This document shows positions 12,296 through 24,609 of a stretch of DNA of 64,000 nucleotides, one piece after another. This DNA is from Raillietiella orientalis. Taxonomy: Eukaryota. Where the stretch lies: assembly GCA_036172245.1 (NCBI GenBank), contig JAYWIR010000032.1, positions 992,001-1,056,000 on the forward strand, written 5' to 3'. How positions within the stretch are numbered: the first letter of the stretch is position 1; every line of letters begins with the position of its first letter. The notes under the pieces are model-generated. The model ran no database searches and was not told the DNA's origin. It saw nothing but the letters and a program-made list of their open reading frames with translations. Position numbers and translations under genes: made by a program.

Positions 12296-13942
12296 ATGAG
12301 CATCATGCAGTACAGGGTGCAGAGTGTACTAATAAAATTGCATCTTTCAGGAAGCAAATGCTGGAAAATCGTTTCTTGTAATTTCTGCTCAAAGCATTCA
12401 TCAGCACATGTAAGAGTAAGATTTGCACCAAGTCCAACTGGTCAGCTACATTTAGGAGGTTTCAGAACAGCATTATATAATTTTTTCTTTGCTAAATCTT
12501 GCAATGGACAATTTGTTTTAAGAATTGAAGACACTGACCAGGCAAGGACAACAGAACAGTCTCTCAATGACATTGAGGAATCATTGAGATGGGCCAATGT
12601 AACTCCTGATGAGGGTCCTTTATCAGGTCCTTTGGGTCCTTACATTCAGTCCAAGAGAAAAGCTATATATCAGACTTATGTCCAAGAACTGCTTGACCGC
12701 GGAGCTGCCTACCACTGCTTTTGCACTCCTCAAAGACTGGGGATGATCAGAAAGTATGCTCTAAGAAACAGACAGAATCCACGGTATGATAATCGCTGCA
12801 GATCCCTGTCTCATGAGGAAACATTGCAAAAACTGAAGGCAAGACAACCTTATTGCATCCGATTCAAGTTTTCTACAACAAAGGAAGAAACATTTTCTGA
12901 CCTCATCTTTGGCCAAATGTCCCTAGGAATTGCTGACCAAGAAGGTGACTTTGTTATTCTAAAGGATGATGGCTTTCCTACCTATCATCTTGCCAATGTA
13001 GTTGATGATCACCTAATGTGTATTACCCACGTCTTGCGTGGTTCTGAATGGCTCTTATCAACTCCCAAGCACATTATGATGTACAGAGCATTTCAATGGG
13101 AATGTCCAAAGTTTGCCCACCTCCCTTTGCTAATGAATACAAATGGAAAAAAATTATCCAAGCGGCAGAATGATCTCAACATTGCTTCCTTGAGGGATTC
13201 AGGTTACTATCCAGAAGCCGTGATAAATTACCTTTGTTCTATTGGAAAAGGTTTTCACCAGATGGAACCAAACACTTTGTATGATATTTCTCAACTGAAA
13301 GCTATGTTTTCTTTAGATTTGTTATCTACCCATTCCTGCTACCTAGATATGGACCGCCTCAAGTCCTATAATCAGTTGAGTCTGAGAAAACGTTTTTCTT
13401 CCCCCAGTGATAAAGTTCATATGATTGACCAGTTACATAGCCTGCTGGTTGCCAAATATTCTGGTGACCTGACTCCAGAAGAGTTGGGTTCTATAACAGA
13501 AACATCTTACTTGAAACAAATACTTGATTGGTATATTTCAAGAATTAGCACTGTTAACGAGCTTCTTCAAAGCGATTGTCAATTTTTGTGGAAACCTACA
13601 GCATCTGTGGATGTAGAAGAATATTTTCAGGGTAGGGGGAAGAGAATCTTGGAAGAATTGATAAAACCGTTTCTGGTGAATAACACTAAGTGGGAGGATA
13701 TCAGTTCAGCATTGCAAAGAATTTCCCAGAGTGAAAACCTGAAGCCTGCAGAAGTACTGATGTTCATAAGGCTAGTTTTAACTGGTGTGAATAAAGGCCC
13801 AAGTCTTAAGGAAATATTCATAATTCTTGGTAATGAAATAATTGTATCAAGATTAAATGCAGTACTCACAAATTGCAGAATGAATAATGATGTAAAAACG
13901 TCTAAGATGCAGTTATCAGAAAAAAACAACGAATTGAAATGA
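12296..13942 (+). CDS. EARS2: Mitochondrial glutamyl-tRNA synthetase, single coding exon, 548 aa from the first ATG
   Basis: Class I aaRS motifs: RVRFAPSPTGQLHLGG (HIGH), LRIEDTD, YHCFC, DGFPTYHLANVVDDHLM, HVLRGSEW and KKLSKR (KMSKS), plus a C-terminal anticodon-binding RLVLTG..GP. A ~40-aa acid-free N-terminal extension is consistent with a mitochondrial presequence. The ORF track starts at GTG 12284; the first ATG is at 12296. Confidence 0.95.
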   Translation: MSIMQYRVQSVLIKLHLSGSKCWKIVSCNFCSKHSSAHVRVRFAPSPTGQLHLGGFRTALYNFFFAKSCNGQFVLRIEDTDQARTTEQSLNDIEESLRWANVTPDEGPLSGPLGPYIQSKRKAIYQTYVQELLDRGAAYHCFCTPQRLGMIRKYALRNRQNPRYDNRCRSLSHEETLQKLKARQPYCIRFKFSTTKEETFSDLIFGQMSLGIADQEGDFVILKDDGFPTYHLANVVDDHLMCITHVLRGSEWLLSTPKHIMMYRAFQWECPKFAHLPLLMNTNGKKLSKRQNDLNIASLRDSGYYPEAVINYLCSIGKGFHQMEPNTLYDISQLKAMFSLDLLSTHSCYLDMDRLKSYNQLSLRKRFSSPSDKVHMIDQLHSLLVAKYSGDLTPEELGSITETSYLKQILDWYISRISTVNELLQSDCQFLWKPTASVDVEEYFQGRGKRILEELIKPFLVNNTKWEDISSALQRISQSENLKPAEVLMFIRLVLTGVNKGPSLKEIFIILGNEIIVSRLNAVLTNCRMNNDVKTSKMQLSEKNNELK

Positions 13943-14250
13943 ATAAAAAAAATATCATTGTGCACTCCATGTTGATCGCAGAAACTCACTATCCACAAAA
14001 TTATAGGGTCGGCGTCGGAAGACCGGGATTACCTCTACAAAGTTATTTCATATGCAGGAGATATAAATTCCAGAGTCTCCCCATTCATGTTATCAATCAG
14101 AATGTTTTCTGCCGTCACATGCTGTGTACACCGGTTCTTTCGTGCTGTTCTAAAAATCAAGTACCATGTACGTTGTCCGGTACGGGGCTAGGTCGGGATT
14201 GCTCGCACGAAGAAGCAATTTAGAGCTCCTGCAAGTGGGTGAGAGCGCAA

Positions 14251-14323
14251 GGTTTCGTGGTGTAGCGGTTATCACGTCTGCTTTACACGCAGAAGGTCCC
14301 CAGTTCGATCCTGGGCGGAACCA
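14251..14323 (+). tRNA. tRNA-Val (anticodon TAC)
   Basis: 73-nt cloverleaf: acceptor stem GGTTTCG/CGGAACC, anticodon arm TCTGC-TTTACAC-GCAGA, T-arm CCCAG-TTCGATC-CTGGG. A TTTT Pol III terminator follows at 14331-14334. Confidence 0.97.
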
Positions 14324-15059
14324 GGAGTTCTTTTGATGCTTGCTGGTTTGTTTGTTTGTTTGTTTTTTTCTTTTTTAATGCATGAGTGTTTGCTTTCGAG
14401 TCGCTTCCTCAGAACTGGCTTTCGAGGCAGCCGGTTTTCGTTCCCGAAAACCCGGTTGCTCCGCGATATCTTCGACGGAGAGTGAAGCAGAAAATGATTC
14501 GAGCGGAAGAATGCGACGGTTCTCTCGCCGGAAATGGCCTCGTACGTGCTGTCTCTGGAAATTTCGATGTCTTCCCGAGTGTGGATTCCCAACGGATTCC
14601 CAGATTCCCAGTGGCCTGCTTCGCTCGCACTTCACCCACTGATGTCCCAGAGCAACTTTGAACGATCTTGAGGGAACAGCAGGGTGGGCGGCAAAAGAGG
14701 AGCCAAAGTAAAGGGCGACTCGGAAATTGGTGCGTGCTTCTCCTTGCTGGAAGATCAGGGATCGCGAAGACATAATAGGACCATCGTGACCACGAGGTGC
14801 TTCGCAGGATGTTTGAAACGAATGCTATGATCTGCAAAACCATTTGTTGTTCTGCCATTCCGCTCCACGACTTCCTACGAGAAGGAAGGAAGGCGTTGCC
14901 CTCTTTCTTTTTTTGCTGGCCTTCCAGGTGCTCGGCGGCGACCGGAAGTGGTTGACGGATAGCTGTCTGAATCGTGATTTCCGGATGCCTTCCCCTCCCC
15001 CTCCCTTTCCTTCATTTTCCACAGTTCCTTGTTTTCCACCCAAGATCAAGGAAATAAAT

Positions 15060-15480
15060 TTAGGAGGCCTTCATGATGCTCCCTTCTTTCCTTTTTCCAT
15101 TGCAGTCTGATGAGCGCAGTAGACGTGGACTGTATTTTCACTCCATCTTACAGGAAATTTCTTAATGCTTCAGAGTTGCTTCCTTGTCGTGAGAAGTCGC
15201 TCGGAAGATTGATCACTTCCTGGTAGAGCCGACGTAAGCCCAGCCCGCTTTTCAGTTTTTTTCACATACGATTTCTTCCCTTTCAAATATTCACAAACTC
15301 ATTTTTCCGCAAAAAGAAATCGAATTCCCGGTTTTCCTTTTCGCAAATTTTTTGAACAAATTGGCTTCTGTCGAAATTATTTCCTTCCGGGAACGGATGT
15401 AATGACCACTTCTTGCCGCCTGCATTGGTAACTTTTTCCTGCAGCCATATTTGGATTGATTTTGCCATCCGTGAAATTTG
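15060..15480 (-). mobile_element. Decayed mariner-like transposase fragment
   Basis: KKWSLHPFPEGNNFDRSQFVQKICEKENREFDFFL resembles the mariner WVPHEL...R...FL linker upstream of the first catalytic D. It has multiple stops. Confidence 0.4.
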
Positions 15481-15849
15481 AATTGCTTTCGATTCGTTTC
15501 AATTCCTTTGCGTTAGGAAGGTATGCATACTCGATCCAGGTACCCAAAGGGTTGACAATTCTGCCAGTGGCACTTGCGAATCCACATAGCCGCCGCCATT
15601 CAAATCATTAGAAATGTTTTCAGGGGTTTCAATATTGCATCTCATCGCACTCCTGCATTTCGTGTTTTCTTTCAATGTTTAAATAACTGCCAGATGTTCC
15701 GCGCTCGAGCCATCTTTCTCCCGTCGCAGAAGAGTGACACGGGAGATTTTTGAGCTGCGAATGAACAGGATCAATCCTTAACGAGTTTTGTATCTATGCG
15801 AAATGGGGTCCTCGGAGGATTTTGGAACACAGGTGCAAGACATTTATTT

Positions 15850-17023
15850 ATCTCCGGGCAGCAGCGTGTTCCATCCGTCCGACGGCACGCAGTTGATTTT
15901 TCTCTTCTGAAAGAGAAGCGCCAAGTTGCTCAGTGCACCTGCAAACACCAACGACTGTGCGCTTCCTGCAGATACCTGGAAAGGGAGGAGGAGGAGCTAG
16001 CTGGCATCCTTCAACGGATGCAGAGGCCTCACCCACCACGAAATGTGATCCCTTCCCTTCCCCCCAACTAATCTTTTTCGTCTCTTTGCACGCGTCGGGG
16101 GTTTTGTGGTTAAGGCTTCCGCTTGTGGCACCTATGCGTCGCGGGTTCCAATACTTTGGCAGAAACGGACGCCACTGCGTCGTCGGGTTCCGAGTTTCTC
16201 CTGCAAGATGGCGCTGGTTGGCCGAGACATTCGGGCGTGGCACCGGCGGTGGATTAAGCCGGAGTCCCCCGATGAAGGTCGGAACAACGGGAGTCGACCT
16301 TCGGGTCCTCCCAGGAATCAAGGAGTGGGGAGTTCCTCCTCCTGTCGTGCAACGGAGAGCGGACCACCCACACCGGGGGGATCCCTCCGGTTTCAAGATG
16401 GAGCAGGAGCCTTCACAGGCACCTCTCCAGTTGTTCAGAGGAGCGGACCCTCCCCGTTGCGGGGAGGACCCTCCGAATCGCCGCCTCTTCACAGAGTGCA
16501 AGGAAGCAAGCGAGAGTGATCCCCCTGCGGGAAGCTGCAGCGCCCCTTCTGAGTTTCGGTTCTCTTCGGAGCAGTGAACAGGAGCGGTTCCCTTGCGGGT
16601 TCCCTCTAGAGAAGATGGAATGGAGAGGACCACACCCCTCCCAGGGGTGGTCCCTTCGGAGAGAATAAGGAAGGAGGTTCCCTTCTGGGTTCTCCTTCGG
16701 AGACAACCAGGGTGGGAGGTGCGATCCCCCCCCCCCTCGCCAAACGTGAGAGGAGCGCACTCCGAGCCTTCCTGGATTCATAGGGCGGACCCCTTTCCGG
16801 GGTGCCCCCTATCTTGAAGAATAACACGCACCCTCCGCAAGTGGCGTGCAACAGTGAGTTTGTCTCTTTTATTTCTAGCTTTGTTTCAACCCCCTTCCCC
16901 TTTGTGGACGTGATGGATCCCCCCCTCTTTCTTCTTTCTAGTGTGACCATTGGAATTGGTGGGCCATCAGCTCCACCGATTCCAATAAGAGAATAAATCC
17001 CCCGGCCCACCCGGGTGTGAAAA
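15850..17023 (+). mobile_element. L1/Tx1-like LINE 3' end (copy B), interrupted by SINE copy 2
   Basis: EEELAGILQRMQRPHPP aligns with MELAGILEWMQKTP of the 44.2-kb copy. GTGATCCCTTCCCT follows. The 3' UTR resumes after 16862 with a 14-bp hairpin (16949-16986) and AATAAATCCCCCGGCCCACCCGGGTGTGAAAA (16992-17023). Confidence 0.6.
16088..16861 (+). mobile_element. Long tRNA-derived SINE-like element, copy 2 (lacks the 3'-most module)
   Basis: Near-identical to copy 1 from the head through about 16560, then diverges. Flanked by the direct repeat GTCTCTTT at 16080-16087 and 16862-16869. Confidence 0.8.
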
Positions 17024-17689
17024 CACCAACACTGTGATGCAGTCGTTGTGAAGCCTTCCAGTCTTTACCAGGGGAGGAACTCGAAACTTTTGCTGCCAGA
17101 GTTTCGTCGCCGATAGGCAGGGAACCAATCTTCATCCTGATGTGTTCCGTGCAGTCCCGCGCGGACTTCTGCAGAGCTTCAGCTTTGGAAAAGCACGTTT
17201 CCCGTTTCCGTCGGCGTAGAGAAAATGCAGTACTCTAGCCAGAAGCACGGCCACGGAAGCTGGCCAAGTGAGAAGAATTCTGTTGAAAATCCGAGCATCA
17301 AAGGATTCCAAACTTCAGTCCCCGAAGGTGGTCACAAAATCAAGCAATTCGTGGAACGCTTCTCAGCTTCTCAGGATCCGATGGATGATTTGAGGTAAGG
17401 CTGGCGGTTTCCCGATTCTTCAGCAAAGGAGGACTCGTCGTGGGAGCCATAGAGAACGTTCTGCAATGAATCTCAACTTTCAGGAAAACTTCTACCAATA
17501 ACTAACCTTTTCACGGAAGCTGCGACTGCGAAGGATGATAGGATATTCAGAAGTACCTCCATCTTCAGCATTCTCAAGTCATCAGATTGAAGTTTCCGAG
17601 TGCGCGCACACAGATCGCAAGCTTCTGACGATAGTTTTCATTTTCCAATGAAATGTGCCGCTCTGCTTTACAAACATTCACCCAGAGCG

Positions 17690-18260
17690 TGAGGACAGCA
17701 GCGTGTGGGAGCAAAAGGGTGCGCTTTCGGTGGACTTTACGGAGCCTGGAGCCACCGTCACCTTGCGAGTCCCCTGCGAAACCTTTCGGAACTGCGGCGT
17801 GCCTTTCAGCAGCAGAACGACGACGTGGAATGCTGAGATCGGGAAGTGTTGTTCTTCTCCTTAGCAACCACGCGCGCCTTGGCAACGCATGCTGTCCGCT
17901 CATTCCGGACGATTCGGAAATTCAGATGGTTGACTTTTCGATCACCGACCTTACAGTCCTGCCCGGTGACTTCCTTCACGTCTTCCTGCACCTCCAGAAG
18001 TGGCTCGACGATTCGAGGGGGAAAGTGAAGAGCTGAAAACTGCAGCGCTGCTGAATTGGCTGAACTCCAAGGCGGCGGAATTTCATGCGGAGGCTTTCAA
18101 AAAAAAGCTCCATCCACGGTATCCAAAGTGGTTGGGAAAAAAATGGAGACTACGTAGAGATGGCGACGTACGCGTTTCGAACCACCAATGCACATTTTTG
18201 TCTCTCATGTTTGCTCTTTCTTTCTATCCGATCGGCCTTCACTTTGGAGATGCCCCTCGT
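17690..18260 (+). mobile_element. Decayed mariner transposon, transposase C-terminus and right terminal inverted repeat
   Basis: Frameshifted segments RRRGMLRSGSVVLL, PGDFLHVFLHLQKWL, EELKTAALLNWLNSKAAEFHAE and EKNGDYVE match the mariner DD34D C-terminus (SPDLAPSDF.LF..LK.WL...NGDYVE). It ends in a TIR-like CTTCACTTTGGAGATGCCCCTCGT. Confidence 0.8.
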
Positions 18261-20979
18261 GTGTTCGGATTTTGATCATGAACTTTTTCAAAAGAAATCC
18301 GTTCTTCTTCATGCCCGCGATCTCCTTTCCGCTTCTCCAATCACTTGTCCAATAAATTTACCTTCATTATTAATTAACCCTTTGCCTCCATCAGTGGGAA
18401 AGCTGGGGCAGCTGTATCTGCTGTTGGAGTCAGCATTCACTGTCCGGTCCCAATCTGCTGCACTGAGGAGCTCCGTCGATCCAGGTGTCGATGATCTGTC
18501 TCTCAAGAGTCGTTGCTTCAATGATTCTCCTGTTGGTCATTTTCGCTTCGTTTAGCGTCCGTACGCGTGAGAGCCACCGCTGCTGCGCTGCATGCTGGAG
18601 GCCGACGGGTTGGCTTTCTCGGACCTTCGGTGCGCGGAGGATGGAAAACCAACGTGCCGGCGAGGGAGGGGGAACGAGCACCCCTCCGTACCCAAGACAT
18701 CATTTCCTCCGTGCAACGCGCCCTTTAGGAGAAATGGGAGGAACCCGGCCACCGTGCAGTTCGCAGCAAGCCCGAGAAGTGAGGGATGGGTCCTTTCACG
18801 AAGGACGGGAGGGCCGTCGACGGGCCGAGGCAGCAGTGGACTGGCGTTGGGATTTTCCCACACCAGCTCTCGACTTCTCTTCGGCTTTGCCGGAGGGACG
18901 GTTGGTTTTCGGCACCGCCGTTCAGCCACTTTCGCTACCTCGCCTCGTCGATCATTTTCACGGTGTCAGAAAAATTATCCGTAGGTAATGAGTGAGGCTC
19001 GTCTGGAGAGGGGTTCGCCGTTTCCCTGGTGACTGAAAAGCTATCTGGTACATTCGATACGGAAGCGAAAAACAAAAAGGATAGTTGTCTTTCAGAAAGT
19101 GCGGCTTCGGATGCATCCATCCTTGTCTCTCTTTGCAAACAATATGAGTTTCTTCTTTGATTTACGGGAAAGCAATCACTTCATGGATGCTATCTCGAGA
19201 AGGTACATTTTCCCCTAAACACAAGCGATCGCGCGAGTACGCCTTTGTACTTGGGAAATGTTTTCCATCAGCACCAAAAAAAAAAAAAAATGTTTTCCTG
19301 AAAGCAGAAAAATCGCAATCTCGACAGAAAGAACAATAATAAAAAGCACTCCCACGCACGAAACGAAGGCAACGCCATTCCTCTAAGTAGCGCGACGAAA
19401 GCGGGCGAAGATGAACTACGGAAGAGGCGTGACGAGAAGATTCGGACTTGGATTGAACGTCGAGAACTTTGTTGCAACAACCGCTGTCCTCAATTCAACT
19501 GCGATCCATCATCTCGGCCATACTCTATTTCTCGCTGATCCATCAAAATTAACTGGCCGTGGAGCTATCCATGAAACCGTAATCAAAGAGCCCAATCAAG
19601 ATCTCACGGAAGGAGCGTTCGCACGGATGCAGCACGCCGCCTCAAAACAGCGAAAGACCTGTGACAACGGCAAACATGCTAATTTTGGATGTAATCCACA
19701 AAAGAAAAAAAGAAAAAGAAAGGAAAAAAAAAAAAAAAAAAAGCATCTGCTATCAGTTGGCAGGCGAACAGGCATTCGAGAATCGACATGCCAGATTGAG
19801 AAACGTCAGCTGCCAGCACAGTCGTTTTGTTCTGGTATCGATAGCTAAACGCGGATTTCCTTGCCCTTTTTGTTTTGCTTTGTTTTTGCCTTTTTTTTCA
19901 AGGAACGGGAACGCAACCTTCCCTCCTGTGTTTTCGTCTCCAATTGGCGAAGCTCGAAAACGCTCCAGAAAAGCGAAAGACACACACACACACACATATG
20001 TACGCTCCGTGCACACTCTACGACTCTACGGACACTGTACAAAGTGGGGTGCGAACACGGCCAGGGCTGCCAGTGGAAGTTCATGGAACCCCGATAGATG
20101 GCCTTCGAAAACACTAGATTTTCCAAAAGAAATCTCCAGGTGTTAATACCTAGGAATTTATTAGTATTATTACTGAATCACTTAATGTCATTTAATCTTC
20201 CGATTCAATAGTGCGAAAACAAATTGCAAACTAACAATTAATGGTTGATGACACGAAATTCATGCTATGAAGTACTGCTGCACGTCTTGCGTCCGCACTG
20301 CCGGAAGGGTTTACTCGAAGCTGGTCAGCAGCTCGAGTGTCCTGACTCCTCTCTTCGGAGAGGAGAAACAGATGCACAAGGCCACCAACGGAGTAGCCTG
20401 CGAAAACCAGATATACAGAAGTACCTCGACAATTATGATAAACCCATTTGTAGCTGGTTGCTGCTACTATACTTCTAACTATAGCAAAGCAGGTCAATGC
20501 TCAGTTAAGACTGCCGACGGCTAGGGAGGACACCACGCGCTGAGCATAACTTGAGGAATTTCCAATGCTGGAAGCTGCAGCCGACGTGGTGATGGCGCTT
20601 GTCATGCCAGAAGATCAGCTGACAGTTGACTACAGAGACCAGAGTCTCACCCCGAGATATTGGAAGAGCTCGAGAGGACACTCATGTCTTTTCCAGAATT
20701 CGCTGCGGGCACCCGATTCAACCTAAGGTATCATTGGATGGTTACCAAAAGTCAAAGATTCGAAAAAAGTACTCTTTGAAGATCTTGAAGCGGAGGGGAC
20801 CCAACCAATGGCTGCTATCCAGACTGTCCCCAAAGAGATAAGGGTTGACGAGAGAGAAACATCTTGGAGAGAAACATCCATTACCAGGAGTCCAAGCAGT
20901 ATCGGCGACCAAAGAAGCAGCCGTGTTATATGGCTTTTACTCATTCAAGGAACAGAGGGAACAATCCCGGCATTTACCG

Positions 20980-21400
20980 GAAAGGCTTACTCGAAGCTGG
21001 TCAACAGCTCGAGTGGTCTGATGTCAGCGCTCATAGGCAGACATGGAGAGTGGGGCAACACCGACCCCACGTGGAGAAGGAAGAAGGCACTCGTAGCGAA
21101 ACACCGCTTGAAGATGGTACCACCTCGAAGCAAAGAACTGTGGAACGAAGTGTGGTTATCCCGTAATTCGTACCGATACCCAGGGAGACCTGGAAGCGCA
21201 TATTCCAGAGCCCGGCAGCAACCGGTTTGAACCATTTGCAACCAGTGGCAACGTCCACGAGATGCGACTGTTTCACTACGCGCAACGGATGAGGGGAGGG
21301 GAGAGATGCACCTGCAGGATGCGAAAGCTTTGGAGGCATCAGACATTTTCTGGCGACCAAAGCCAACATCCTCGACGCAATGAAAAAGAACTACGAAGAA
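20980..21400 (+). mobile_element. Probable decayed gypsy-type integrase remnant
   Basis: Frameshifted YPVIRTDTQG and ICNQWQRPRDATVSLRATDEGRERC resemble the integrase core (P..I.SD.G; ..T.YHPQ.DG..ER). A ~38-bp stretch at 20979-21016 is duplicated at 20303-20340. Confidence 0.35.
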
Positions 21401-23196
21401 GAATACGTCCTCGCCATGGCTGCCAACCGCTAAGGGACACGGATGGCGAACCTGCAAGCGGTTGGCTCTACAGCCTTCAAGAGCGGACCTACCACCAGAC
21501 ACTCAGGACGACCTCCTCCTGTTTTGCCACGGAGGCATCCAAAAGGACGCCATGTGTGAAAAACAGAGAACTGTGGGAATCGACAGATAAAATGTGACCG
21601 GATGAGTGCGATTTGTTGACATTGCTGTAATCGTACCTTTGCTGTGGTTGTTCGATAAATTCATCCCCCCCACTGCCGGCCCTATTACCTCCTAATCACA
21701 ATTTGAATATCAAATTATTTTAATGGCATGGCTCGGCGATTTTATCAGCCGTGCGATAATTTATTAATTTGACACCACGCATCCGCCAAGATTGAAACAG
21801 GGGTGGATCAAACAGAATGCAATGGAATTCTGTTGAAGACTGTTCACAGCATCCATAACTGAAAATTTCCTTTGCAGCCATGAGCAACCTCCGCGATTTG
21901 AGAAAAACGGACTAGAATTTCCAGGATGAAATTGGCAGGATAAAATATTTTTAGCCGCTAGATAGCTTTCCCCCCCCCCAAAAAAGAAGCTAAGTTGGCA
22001 AGCCTGAACACGGCTGGTAAAACGTGTTCACTTCATCGCATGTGTGTGCAAGCCGTGCTTGATTGGAGTGAGCATATAAATAACCCAGCGTAAGTGATTG
22101 ATGTAGTAACTTTATTAGTCGTTTCTTTTGCTTCGGGTAATTTCGGGGATCCAGCAGCAACCCCGAACTTCTTCGTCGTTACACCATCTTAGTGCTGCTG
22201 CTCGACAATCGATGTTCATCAAGGAAATGCACGTCTTCCGATGGAAAGGCTTTTGCGGGAGCCTCGCCGTCTTTCGCTGCTGGATGAAGACACTGTTAAC
22301 ACTTGGCGATTCGTCATCATATTATCGGAGGCTTACCACGCTGATTCGCAGTTCAGACGATGCAGCTCTTCCGAGATCATGTCTCCTCCAGGCAACTTTC
22401 CACGAAGATGATCACTCCCGAAACATCTTTTAAACCGAATGTGCTTTTCTGTCATGATCCTGCTTGATGATTTTGCTTTATTTTTCTCAATTCTCGAACC
22501 ATTTAATCCTAATGAAGGCCCCCAATTTTTTGCTGCCTGCCCGTGCAGATCAAATGCTGATTCCGCGGGGATAAAAAAGGAAGAAAAAGGAAGGAAAGAA
22601 AGAAGACAAGTGCTCTATTTTTCTAAAAGTTTCATGGAGATTGCCAGTTTTGAGAATCGCCTGACGTGTTGCTCCGCTGCCTTTCCCCCCCCCCCCCGGC
22701 TTACCTAGCTTGAGGTGGGTGCATTTCATTCCTTGGGCACAAACACATTCCTGTTTGTACAGCAACCTATTTTTCAGCTGCAAGCCAAAGGGGTTGTTTC
22801 CCTCTTTCGCCTTATTCATAACGGTAATTAATTTATCTCCATTTTCGCTGCTGCCTCCAAGGACTTGGTCTTAGAGGACGAAATCACAGGAAATGATGTA
22901 TGCGCTGCTTATCCAAGACCGCAATGGCAATTCTTCCTCGAGTCTGGTTTGCCTTCATCAAGCATTCGAACGGAGTTTCAACATCTCAGGATTGCCGAAG
23001 GATCATCTTCTAATCGCCATAGTTCCACTGCATCGCCTCACTATTACCTTCGCTTGCTGTTGCAGCAGCTGCATTCCCCGCAATCCTCGGTCCCTTGCTG
23101 TCATCGCGGCGTGTACGCCTAAGGCCTTATTTTTTATTATATTTTAAAAAAAGGCTGGAAGCGACCTAGAGGAGATCGTTACTATTGGCCTAAGAG

Positions 23197-24500
23197 GATC
23201 ACCAGGTTATGCTGCGGTATGTATTACATCAAGCAATAGGAATGCATTGGTATGATGGAACCGTTGGTTCTACCACGCTCAATGAACCTGCCGAAGAGCG
23301 GTGCGTGCAGGCTGGCTACGTCCGCTTCGGCAGCGTGGGAGAAGGGACAACGAAAACACACAAAAAATAAACAAACAAAAACAGGGAAGGGGAAATTTCA
23401 CATGGGGAAGGAAGGGGAGGGACCGAAGAAGGGATCACAGCATGCTGCCAGGCGTCCTATGCATTCTGTCCAGGATGGCGGCAAGATCCGTTCGGATGGT
23501 GCCCAGGTGGAGCCATCTCGAGGCGGTCTTCAGGAAGATCCGCGTCCCTGCTATTTCGACCCTTCTTCCGGCGGCAGAGCGGCATCACGAGCGAAGAGGA
23601 GTCTGAATAGAATATCCCTGGAGCTGCTGGCCAGGATTAGTAGGTTCGTCGCAAGGTAATTCCAAAGGGGTCGGAGGGCAGAGCAGTGCAACAGCAGGTG
23701 CGGGAGGGTCTGCTTCTTCCCGCGCCTGTCGCACTGAGTACCCACGCTCCCCCGTGTCCAGTGACGTCGGCGTGCGTTGCACGGGAGACCCCAATGCACC
23801 ACCAGCAACGCTAACTCCCGCCACCTGAGGGGGAGGGGCCACTGTTCCGGCACGGCTGGTGGCCACTTCTCATCCTCCGGAGGGATGCCGAGCAGCTCTC
23901 CCCAGCGTGGAAGTCCTTGGAGTGGGACACTCGGGGTCGCAGAGTCCGTCACTTCCCGAGTTGTCCACGCCCCAGAAGTTTCTTCTTTGCTGCTATGCAG
24001 CGCGTCACTTCCTACCTTTCTGGGAATGCTCTGTCCCTTGCGTCCCTTAGGGAAGACCGCAGTGGGGCAAAGGGGGCATACGAGACCCATCGCATCTTCT
24101 GTGTGCTGCGGACGATCTCCTCCAACGACTTGCGAGTGTTGACGCCTCGCTGCAGGCACCGTACCCAGCCTCGCTCGCGCCATGGATCTTTTTCCCGGCA
24201 AAGACGGACTCCTGAAGCTAGGCAGTGCAGTTCGCGTGGAGGCAGGGGTTCCAGGTGTCCTCCTACACCAGGACAACCATCTGGCAGAGTTGGTATCCGC
24301 GCTGCCGGTTGCGAGGTTGTGTCCCTCGCAACCGGCAGCGCGCTCTTCGCGAGGAGCCCTGCTGGTGCACATCAGGGCGTGGTCCATCATCTCGCCGCAG
24401 GGCGAGTCTTCCGAATTGGAGCTGACGTTCCATCCTCTCATCAGAGTAAGGATACCCAGTCCATCGTCCCTACGCGGAGCACATAAATCTTTCAAGCGGG
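23197..24500 (-). mobile_element. L1/Tx1-like LINE, 5'-truncated ORF2 C-terminus and 3' UTR (copy C)
   Basis: WPLPLRWRELALLVVHWGLPCNARRRHWTRGSVGTQCDRRGKKQTLPHLLLHCSALRPLW is a zf-RVT-like C-terminal CCHC region, homologous to the 33.1-kb and 43.7-kb copies. The 3' UTR is shared. Confidence 0.75.
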
Positions 24501-24609
24501 CACGGGACCTCCCTGTGACCCACAGGGAGGTCTAGAGTTCGATGAAAATCCTTTGGAGTCTTCCGTTTTCGCAGCTTTCCTTTCAGTTCTTTTTTTTTCC
24601 GGGTTTCCT

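Noticed and set aside
18950..19800. Gypsy integrase remnant on the minus strand (SARNRVWP, KAYSR)
   Set aside because: The motifs are too short and degenerate to support without a search.
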